From: Promethearchaeota archaeon
Lineage (GTDB): Archaea; Asgardarchaeota; Hermodarchaeia; Hermodarchaeales; Hermodarchaeaceae
NCBI GenBank assembly: GCA_048939625.1
Contig: JBHLPH010000002.1
Location: 1 to 64,000, forward strand
DNA length: 64,000 bases
Reading direction: 5' to 3'
Position 1 is the stretch's first letter, and the number at the start of each line of letters is the position of its first letter. Shown here piece after piece: positions 9,824 to 17,816 of the stretch. A program made the translations under genes and the position numbers. Under the pieces are notes generated by a model. That model searched no databases, was not told where the DNA came from, and saw only the letters and a list, made by a program, of their open reading frames with translations.

Positions 9824-11044
9824 TCATCTTGCTGAGAGAGTTTCCAAGAAACTTTGAATACGTCCCTCCAGACGTACACGATCCGAAAATTCAGGATCCA
9901 ATGGAAGACGAATGGCTGGAATTTTCCGTTTTTCCGCTAGTTTTAATGTGTCAGGGACCTCAAATTGATCGGGATCACAGAAAGATTGTTCACTAATAAT
10001 CAACCCGTTCACTTGTAGATTCTGCAAGAGTTGGTCGATAAAGTGTAATCGAGCGGGTAAACCCTCTTGCGTCGGTTCTGTGGGGGCGCTGAGGATACTC
10101 CGAGCCATTTCGGTGAAAGGATCCCCTTGGAGGTTCGGAGGTTTCACAAATATATTCCGGAACGAAAAGGAGAGTACATCAAGCATCAGTTCCAAGTTTT
10201 CCAGACCTGCACTGGTTTTTGCGTTTTCAAAATGGACTGCAAATCCTTCAGGATCAATCATCCCACCTAGAGCGAGGAGGCGTGGTTCATTGGTTGATTG
10301 GATGGCGATCTGGTGAGGAATTTGTCCTATGAGTAATCCATGCCGTAAAGCTTCTGCCACAGGGAGAAGCTGGACTTTCCGCAATTCATCTTGTAGATTA
10401 GAGGCGAGACCTTCGATTTCTTGGAGTGATTGTGCGTTGGGTGCAGTGAAAAATCGGCGCAGGAGCCGCGTATAATCCAAATACGGATAAAGTGAAGGCT
10501 GAAGGATTCGAGCAACGGTTACGAATTGGGCCGCAGCTCTAAATTCAGCAATAAGGGCAGCACCTTGCTGATAATGTTGCATCGAAAAGCGTGCACCCAG
10601 AGTAACTTCCAGCTGTTTACTTAATTCGCGGAGCTCATTGGTGAGGTATATGAGGGCAGCTTCATCATTTGCCACAGGGTAGGTGAGCCGAAAGACGTTG
10701 TCTTCTGGGAACCTGGCCTGCCAGACATCACCGAGGTTTTGGAGAGAATCACAGGTGCCCCCAGGAAAGACAAGGCCTTTGAGGTGAGGGAGTCGCTCTT
10801 TGGCGCGTTGGCTGAAGAGGTTTCGTGAATACGCGCAACAGAAAGTTTGTAGACTAGCCTCATACGCACCAGGAACCTTGGGTTCAGCCCATAAGAGAGT
10901 TGGCGTAAGGTTATGAGCAAGAAATAGTTCAAGGGGAGCATGAGGATATATATATCCAATGAGGGCACGGTTGGAGGCAATTTGGTCTTGAATAATCTGA
11001 TGGCGTTCGGTGACGAGGGAATTATAGCTAAATGGAGTACTCAT
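9824..11044 (-). CDS. 2-hydroxyacyl-CoA dehydratase / benzoyl-CoA reductase subunit (HgdB/FldC/BcrC-like)
   Basis: LQTFCCAYSR, TCDSLQNL, SFCDPDQFE, RIQSFLE. Confidence 0.85.
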   Translation of the reverse strand: MSTPFSYNSLVTERHQIIQDQIASNRALIGYIYPHAPLELFLAHNLTPTLLWAEPKVPGAYEASLQTFCCAYSRNLFSQRAKERLPHLKGLVFPGGTCDSLQNLGDVWQARFPEDNVFRLTYPVANDEAALIYLTNELRELSKQLEVTLGARFSMQHYQQGAALIAEFRAAAQFVTVARILQPSLYPYLDYTRLLRRFFTAPNAQSLQEIEGLASNLQDELRKVQLLPVAEALRHGLLIGQIPHQIAIQSTNEPRLLALGGMIDPEGFAVHFENAKTSAGLENLELMLDVLSFSFRNIFVKPPNLQGDPFTEMARSILSAPTEPTQEGLPARLHFIDQLLQNLQVNGLIISEQSFCDPDQFEVPDTLKLAEKRKIPAIRLPLDPEFSDRVRLEGRIQSFLETLSAR

Positions 11045-11125
11045 TGGAACCGACCAACAAGTGGAGATATCAGTTGCCTTTTGCCTTAAACTTTCGCACC
11101 CAACAAACTATCTCGTGGACTAGTT

Positions 11126-14110
11126 TTACAGATTTCGAAGGAGATTGCTCACCTCGACTTGTCCAGCCCGGCGAGCAGGAAGATAAGCACCAGCTATTAG
11201 CCCTAGAATTACTAGCCCTAAGATGGCAATGAGGAGACTAAAGGGATAGATGATGCTAAAGGGAATCACATAGGGTTGGGGGAATAGTTGAAGAAGTGAG
11301 AACATTAGTACCCAAGAGAATATAACGCCAATTATGAGACTGAAGATGAATGCGGCTAATATCAATCCAACGAATTCGCCTAGAACAATGGCTGTGATTT
11401 GGCGTCGGGTGCCTCCTAATGCACGCATGATAGCATATTCAGTTCGTCGTTCAGAGACAATTGTATTCACGAAGATGGTGAGAGCGACCACACTTATGCT
11501 GAGTGCAGCAAGGAACCCCACGGATAACAGACTGATGATTCCTTGCGAAAAGAGATAGCCATCAGGATAGGCAGATTCTAAATCAAAAGTTTGTGGAGCC
11601 CATGTGTAGTAAACAAAATCTATGGATTGGAGAGCATTGAGTGCACTTTGGATGGTATAAGCGTTGTTGAGTCTGGCAAGGAATGTTTGAGTCAGATTTA
11701 CATAGTCATAAACCTTCCACGAAGGGACTTCTACAAGAAAATAATCTTCGTGCACAAATGCAAAGGCGTTTCCTGTCTGGAAACCGAAACCGGGACTTGT
11801 TGACACGGAGGCACCTGGATCAGAGGGGTTGGCATAACCAAACCCAGGCGCAGTCCGCATTATCCCTACAACTTCGAAGGTTTTAGTTTCAAGAATTACA
11901 ATGCGTTGATCCCAGACACGGATATCAATAGGGTCACCTACAGCTTTGTTCCAGAGAGTAGCTAGATGTTCAGGTAGGATTATTCCATTAGGGTTAGCTT
12001 CGAGACGGTTTAGAACGGTAAGGTAGTCATCTCCCACCATGCTAGTTTGATCCCATTTCCCTACCTGTGCATAGCTTGCCGGGTCAATTCCATGTAACCG
12101 GAATTCAGTTTGTCCTAGGTTAGCGCGAACTTCTATGAAAGGTGTCGCAGAGTAAATCTGTGGAAGTGCTGTGATTTCCTGAACTCGTTGAGCTGGAACC
12201 GGACCACTGTAGATGCGGATATCAGCCCCAATGTAGTATTCGATTTGCCGATTGAGGTGAACTTGATAAGTTTGGGCTTCAACAGCAGAAAAGAATGTAA
12301 CTGAAAAAGTGAGCAGCAGAATGATTAGCAAAGGTACAATTCGTGAACGGCGTACCTTTACACTTTTAGCAAAAAGCGTGCTTTTTTGCCCGAATACCGG
12401 ACGAAGGAGATTGGAGAATCCAGCAATTCCTGGTCGAAGAACACGAGCAGTAGCATCGGTTAATATGACCCAGAATGCTACAGTGCCAATGAAGAGAAGA
12501 AGAGCCATATCAATTGTAAGTGGAACAGAGATAACGTAATTGATAAGTGGCCAGAAAACGACAATGACCAAGGCTACGTAGGCTACTTGCATCCAGGTTT
12601 TGATTTTCCATCGGGAATTATCCCCACGAATGGCAGAATACAGTTCGGTTTTAAGGAATGATCTGGTGATGAAAATTGTGTAAATAGCTGCAGGAAGAAT
12701 CACGACTAGTGCTGCAAAAAGCCAGGAAAATGGATTGAGTTGCGTAAAGGTGAGATACCGCATGAAAATGCTCAAGTCAAAGAGGAGGAAGGTAACCGCG
12801 GAGGGTATGAGGCAACCAATGAGGACACCTAAAAATCCACCGATAACTAATCCGACAACAGCTAATATTAAGAATTCAAGTAAGAGGGTACCGTACAATT
12901 GTCGATAACTTGCCCCGCGTGAACGAAGAATAGCGATTTCTGGACGCCGCCCAGAAATGAAAAGTGAGGTGGTAAATGTCGTAAGGAGGACGGATAGTAT
13001 TATTATGGGTAACACGAGGATTCCCATTGTTCGACGGTCAGTATAAGATTGGATATAGTTGATTAGACTGTTAAGTGCTGAGCGCCCACCCAGAAAGACA
13101 TCAAAGCTTTCTTCAATTGTTGCAAATAACCGATCCAAGATTGGTACCGTATTTTCCAAACCAGCCGCATAGAAAGGTACTGGATTGACTTCCACCAGTA
13201 ATCGCGGATAGGTGACGTGCAGAGTTATATAATTATAATCAGCGGCTGTGAGCTCGGTGTTTGAAAGTATCATGCTGTCGAGCCAGCCAAAGACGACTTC
13301 TTGCCCTGAAAATGGTCCCCAGTTGACTCGAGAATAAGTGGGGAAGGATTCTAAGAGTGGATCTAATGTGGTGCGCACCTCATAGATGCCAGCCACCCGT
13401 TTATCTCCGAGATAGGCGAGATTGAGAGCTCCGATAGTGCCTCCATAATAAGTTCGAGCAATGGAAATATCGATGGTGGTTCCCACTGTGACTTCAAGCC
13501 CCATAACAGTATACAGATCTTCGACGACCCGACGACTTAGAAGAACTTGTCCAGGGCCAACACGAAATGATCCTGCAATAATATCGAAGGAGCGTTCAGC
13601 TCGGGTTAGAAAATCATTATCAGTAAAGAGGGCTTGAGCGTCTTTGATTCCTCGCATGTACGGCCATGGTAAATATTGCACATCGGGACGAAAATCACGG
13701 GCCTCAAATAAGCCTACAGATCCGTACACGATATGCGATGATCGTGTGGTTTCTTGATTGTTGACAAAATCTCGGACCGGATAAATGGCATTGGGATCAT
13801 CATAGGGGTAGTTGGGGCTTTGGACGCAATAATAGTGAAAAGGTGTATCTGCAAAATAGTCATCAATAGCGACACGAGCTCCCGTATCTGTCCAGACAAA
13901 AACGGAGGTAACTAGCGCGACGCCAATCATGATACCGATTAACAGACTTAGTGATCGTCGCTTGTGCCGACGAATTCCGGTGAAAACATAGCCCCACACG
14001 TACAATCCTTGGGCTATACTACCCTTCTTGGGAGTTGGCGACACACTTTCTGTACTTGGTTCTTCATCTTGAGCAGTTGTCTCATCAACATCGTCGATAT
14101 CAGACGCCAA
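11126..14110 (-). CDS. FtsX/MacB-type ABC permease with duplicated FtsX domains
   Basis: 994 aa, multiple TM segments, RRPEIAILRSRGAS and ERRTEYAIMRALGG FtsX motifs; TTG start. Confidence 0.9.
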   Translation of the reverse strand: MASDIDDVDETTAQDEEPSTESVSPTPKKGSIAQGLYVWGYVFTGIRRHKRRSLSLLIGIMIGVALVTSVFVWTDTGARVAIDDYFADTPFHYYCVQSPNYPYDDPNAIYPVRDFVNNQETTRSSHIVYGSVGLFEARDFRPDVQYLPWPYMRGIKDAQALFTDNDFLTRAERSFDIIAGSFRVGPGQVLLSRRVVEDLYTVMGLEVTVGTTIDISIARTYYGGTIGALNLAYLGDKRVAGIYEVRTTLDPLLESFPTYSRVNWGPFSGQEVVFGWLDSMILSNTELTAADYNYITLHVTYPRLLVEVNPVPFYAAGLENTVPILDRLFATIEESFDVFLGGRSALNSLINYIQSYTDRRTMGILVLPIIILSVLLTTFTTSLFISGRRPEIAILRSRGASYRQLYGTLLLEFLILAVVGLVIGGFLGVLIGCLIPSAVTFLLFDLSIFMRYLTFTQLNPFSWLFAALVVILPAAIYTIFITRSFLKTELYSAIRGDNSRWKIKTWMQVAYVALVIVVFWPLINYVISVPLTIDMALLLFIGTVAFWVILTDATARVLRPGIAGFSNLLRPVFGQKSTLFAKSVKVRRSRIVPLLIILLLTFSVTFFSAVEAQTYQVHLNRQIEYYIGADIRIYSGPVPAQRVQEITALPQIYSATPFIEVRANLGQTEFRLHGIDPASYAQVGKWDQTSMVGDDYLTVLNRLEANPNGIILPEHLATLWNKAVGDPIDIRVWDQRIVILETKTFEVVGIMRTAPGFGYANPSDPGASVSTSPGFGFQTGNAFAFVHEDYFLVEVPSWKVYDYVNLTQTFLARLNNAYTIQSALNALQSIDFVYYTWAPQTFDLESAYPDGYLFSQGIISLLSVGFLAALSISVVALTIFVNTIVSERRTEYAIMRALGGTRRQITAIVLGEFVGLILAAFIFSLIIGVIFSWVLMFSLLQLFPQPYVIPFSIIYPFSLLIAILGLVILGLIAGAYLPARRAGQVEVSNLLRNL

Positions 14111-14291
14111 GATTCAGACTCCTTTCCGTGGTTGGTGTGGAACTACTCCTTAAGGATTGAACGCCACGAACCCCTTGATTGCCCAAAAAACTTTTGGAAG
14201 AGACAAAAAAATTAGAAGCATAGTGAATTCTTGTGTTATCACCAAAAGCTCCTTAAGATACAGAGAGCCTACGGGTCTGCAGTGATTCAAA

Positions 14292-15233
14292 GTGACATCC
14301 TCGATTGAAATGGCTGATTTGACGAAGCGATTTGAGAAGATTACAGCAGTGAAAGAGGTTTCCTTAGATGTTCACCGAGGTGAAGTCTTTGGATTCCTTG
14401 GACCGAACGCTGCTGGAAAATCAACGACTGTAAAAGTTGCTGCAACTCTTTTGACACCCACTAAAGGGTCCATTTCAATTGAAGGGTATGATGTGCAGGA
14501 ACAACCAGTTAAAGTTCGTTCGATTATCGGGCTTCTCCCCGAGGATGGAGCCGCGACTCATTATGATCGGCTATCAGCCTATCAGAACTTGTTCTATTTC
14601 GGACGATTATATGATGTTCCAGAAGAGGAGCTTGAGGACCGGATTGAGAGACTTCTTGAGTTCCTAGAGCTATCTGATCGCCAAGATGACTCGCCTTCGA
14701 CATTTTCGACGGGATTGAAGCAAAAACTCTCAATTGCTCGTTCGATGATTCATAATCCCACAGTGATTTTTCTTGATGAACCCACGTCGAGTCTCGACCC
14801 CATTATGTCGAAAAGAGTTCGTGAGTTCATTGACACGCAGGCCGAAGGTGGAAAACAGACTTTCTTTCTTTGTACACACCTGCTTTCTGAAGTCGAAGCA
14901 CTTTGTGACCGTGTAGGATTCATCTCAAAGGGAGAACTGGTCGAAGTGGGACGCCCTAAGGATTTACGTCGCAAGTTCTGGACGGTTCGTACATTTGAAT
15001 TACAATTAGCGGATTCTGACCCCAAACAAAGCATGGAAGCTATTACCGCTACAGGATTAGTCTTAGCTGCAAGAGTGGAAGGAAAACGGGTAATATTCGA
15101 TGTTGAAGATGCTGAGTCAAAAAATCCTCAGATTCTTCGTGCCTTAATCGAATCAGGAACTAGAGTTGTACAGCTTCGTGAACGTATACCAGACCTAGAA
15201 GCAGTATACATGAAGGTGATTGGAGGGAAATAG
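14292..15233 (+). CDS. ABC-2 type transporter ATP-binding protein (DrrA/NatA-like)
   Basis: GPNAAGKST Walker A, FSTGLKQK signature, IFLDEPT Walker B, THLL. Confidence 0.93.
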   Translation: MTSSIEMADLTKRFEKITAVKEVSLDVHRGEVFGFLGPNAAGKSTTVKVAATLLTPTKGSISIEGYDVQEQPVKVRSIIGLLPEDGAATHYDRLSAYQNLFYFGRLYDVPEEELEDRIERLLEFLELSDRQDDSPSTFSTGLKQKLSIARSMIHNPTVIFLDEPTSSLDPIMSKRVREFIDTQAEGGKQTFFLCTHLLSEVEALCDRVGFISKGELVEVGRPKDLRRKFWTVRTFELQLADSDPKQSMEAITATGLVLAARVEGKRVIFDVEDAESKNPQILRALIESGTRVVQLRERIPDLEAVYMKVIGGK

Positions 15234-15234
15234 C

Positions 15235-15969
15235 ATGTGGAAGAAAGCATGGTTTATGGCACGGATGGAAATCCGGATGGTCTTTAAGAGCCGCCAAGTT
15301 CGAATGATACCGATTTTAGTATTGATCATGTCCATTGTATTCGGGGGATTAATGACTTGGTTGATTCTTTCCTTTGGAACAGTTGATGTCTTCTTTTACA
15401 CAATGATGATGAATAGCATTATGGGCGTCGTTATCACACTTCTCCCTATCATGCTCCCAATTCTCATTGCAGCCGATTCGATTGTTGGTGAAAAAGAACG
15501 CCACACACTTGTTCCCTTACTAGCTACTCCATTATCTGATGGAGAGCTCTTGCTTGGAAAGTACCTTACTGCACTTATCCCTGGATTAGCTGTGGCATAT
15601 GGAAACCTCGCCTTGGCTGTTTTTATTGTGAATGGAGTGGTTCTCTTTATGGCTCCTAGTCTCTTATGGATTTGGCCTGATCCATTATCTTTGATACAGG
15701 CATTAGTACTTCCCATCCTCTTTTCAACCCTCGCCGTTGGCATGATGGTAATTATTTCAGGACGAGCCAATACAGTATATGAAGCGTATCAGACTGGTGG
15801 AATCATAATACTTCCAGCTATGGTGTTTGCTTATTCGGGATTCCTCGCAGGATTAAACTTGATAATTCTTGTTGTAGGAGTGATAATCCTCATCATCATC
15901 AATATTGTCCTGTTTCGCATTACTGTGCGATTATTCAAACGTGATGACTTAATGACCCGAACAGGGTAA
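15235..15969 (+). CDS. ABC-2 type transporter permease
   Basis: About 6 TM segments; AADSIVGEKERHTLVPLLATP...LLGK motif; ATG at 15235 lies directly after the ATPase stop (ORF is open from 15220). Confidence 0.9.
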   Translation: MWKKAWFMARMEIRMVFKSRQVRMIPILVLIMSIVFGGLMTWLILSFGTVDVFFYTMMMNSIMGVVITLLPIMLPILIAADSIVGEKERHTLVPLLATPLSDGELLLGKYLTALIPGLAVAYGNLALAVFIVNGVVLFMAPSLLWIWPDPLSLIQALVLPILFSTLAVGMMVIISGRANTVYEAYQTGGIIILPAMVFAYSGFLAGLNLIILVVGVIILIIINIVLFRITVRLFKRDDLMTRTG

Positions 15970-16039
15970 TCAGGGCTTCTTGTGGAACAACATTAAAGAC
16001 CTTAACTTGTCAAGAAGCAAACAATGAGTGTGAATCTTC

Positions 16040-16342
16040 ATGTCAAAGGTTTATCGAGTAATAGCACGTGTTCATGAAATGCGTGCCGAAAAAGGAAAAA
16101 TGCCTTGCCGCTTGTATAAAGTCGGCGACGAATTCGATCTCTCCAAACCAGAAGAAAAGGAGAAAGTGTGTCGCTGGGCTTATAATGCAATGTTTCCGTT
16201 CATTACAATCTTAGAATTTGACGGGACAATTCCATGGGAACCTGATGCAGATCGAGGATTTGTCGCCTGCCCAGATCCTCACAATATCGTAGTTTTCGAA
16301 ATACGCCGTGAAGAGCCTCTCAAAAAGCGAGAGAATCCTTAG
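16040..16342 (+). CDS. TIGR04076-family small Cys-containing protein
   Basis: C...YKVGDEF, C-x-x-AYNAMFP and ACPDP...VVFEI pattern. Confidence 0.75.
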   Translation: MSKVYRVIARVHEMRAEKGKMPCRLYKVGDEFDLSKPEEKEKVCRWAYNAMFPFITILEFDGTIPWEPDADRGFVACPDPHNIVVFEIRREEPLKKRENP

Positions 16343-16348
16343 TATGAA

Positions 16349-16738
16349 TTATTGAGTACTGTCAGAGTCTTTTGTTCCCTTCAGTGGATGTAAGAGGCAG
16401 GAGGGGTCTTCAGCAAGAGGATTCCCTGTAACTGCCCAAGACCTCCCACGACACCCACCACACAGTTTGCGATATTCACATTGCCCGCATTGACCTTGTA
16501 ATTTGCTTTCCCGGTCACGCAAATCTAAAAAGAGGGGCGTCTCACTCCAAATTTTGGAGAAAGGCATTTTTCGGACATTTCCACAGGAAACCGCGATGAA
16601 AGGACAAGGCCACACTTCACCATTTGGTTTGATATATACAAAACCATGTCCGGCTGAACATCCATGAAAGACTGTTTCGGCGAGTTTTAGAAGCAGACCA
16701 CTATGAATGCCGTTCTTGTGTAAAAACGGTAAAATCCT
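16349..16738 (-). pseudogene. C-terminal SPASM remnant of a radical SAM enzyme (AhbD/NirJ-like), 5' part missing
   Basis: The frame reads ...PFLHKNGIHSGLLLKLAETVFHGCSAGHGFVYIKPNGEVWPCPF...CGQCEYRKLCGGCRGRS...EDPSC; in-frame TAA at 16739-16741 with no start codon or CxxxCxxC core upstream. Confidence 0.75.
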
Positions 16739-16781
16739 TTATACATCTAACTTAGGGATAACCTCAGGGAAGGTCGGTGTT

Positions 16782-17798
16782 TTAGAGGGCTGTTCCACAA
16801 TTGGGACAAGTAACCCGATTTGAGGCAACCAGTTTGCCACAGATTCGGCAGGTGACCAGTCGGACTTGGACGGCAACAGCATCCTCAATTGCAGAGGGAG
16901 TCAAGATGATTTTGCTGTCTTCAACCTCGATTTGGAAGCGTCTTGGATGCCCCAATTCACGAAGTATGTTTTCAGGGAGGGGTAGTCGATCCTGGTTATC
17001 TAATTCAAGGACCCGGGTCCGTTCCAATTGTTTGAGATGGACACCCGCATCGTGGGTACCACTGATAATCCCGTCTCGGAGTTCAAGTGTTCGGCGAGCT
17101 TTAGAAGCAATGAGCTGGCTGTGTGTGACGATAAGGAATGCAGTACCGAATTGTTCGTTGAGGTCCTTGAAGAGGTCTAAGATTTCTTCTGCATTAATCA
17201 GGTCAAGATCACCAGTAGGCTCATCCGCAAGTACTAGAGAAGGATTGTTCATAAGCGCGGAAGCGATTGCTACTCGTTGGCGTTCGCCACCTGAGAGTTT
17301 GCCTGGAATAAAGTCCATGCGGTTACCAAGTCCGACGGCTTCAAGGAGTTCTGCAGACCGTTGGTGTCGCCACGATTTAGGAAATCCTGCAATTCGTGCG
17401 CTGAGTTCAACATTTTGTCGGGCAGTCATATGATGCAATAGGTTATCGACTTGGAAAACGAAGCCAATGAAGCCTCGTCGAGCCGCAGTTATAGTACGAT
17501 CATCTAATTTGGAAATATCTTGTTTGATATTAGACCAATAGACTTGGCCTGCACTGGGACGAAGTGTCCCGCCTAGAATATTCACGAAAGTAGTTTTTCC
17601 ACTACCCGAAGGGCCAACGACGGCGACGATTTCGCCTTGGAAGATTTGCAAGGATACACCACGAAGAGCGACCGTTTCGATTTCGCCAGTCTGGTAGATC
17701 TTATAGACATCATTGGCCATAAGAACCAGATCTTCAGGGACTTCTGCGAATTCTTCCTCTTTGACGAGACCGGTTGATAGTCCAGATATTTGATCCAT
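16782..17798 (-). CDS. MacB/LolD-type ABC ATPase with C-terminal AbrB-like and zinc-ribbon extension
   Basis: GPSGSGKT, LSGGERQR, LADEPTG; tail LDNQDRLPLP...IILTP and CRIC...CPNC. Confidence 0.9.
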   Translation of the reverse strand: MDQISGLSTGLVKEEEFAEVPEDLVLMANDVYKIYQTGEIETVALRGVSLQIFQGEIVAVVGPSGSGKTTFVNILGGTLRPSAGQVYWSNIKQDISKLDDRTITAARRGFIGFVFQVDNLLHHMTARQNVELSARIAGFPKSWRHQRSAELLEAVGLGNRMDFIPGKLSGGERQRVAIASALMNNPSLVLADEPTGDLDLINAEEILDLFKDLNEQFGTAFLIVTHSQLIASKARRTLELRDGIISGTHDAGVHLKQLERTRVLELDNQDRLPLPENILRELGHPRRFQIEVEDSKIILTPSAIEDAVAVQVRLVTCRICGKLVASNRVTCPNCGTAL

Positions 17799-17816
17799 GA
17801 TTAACGACTCTTTTAA

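Noticed and set aside
16801-17433. 210-aa plus-strand ORF and similar antisense ORFs over ABC, activase and P-type ATPase genes
   Set aside because: They lie wholly opposite well-supported genes and have no recognisable motifs; shadow ORFs
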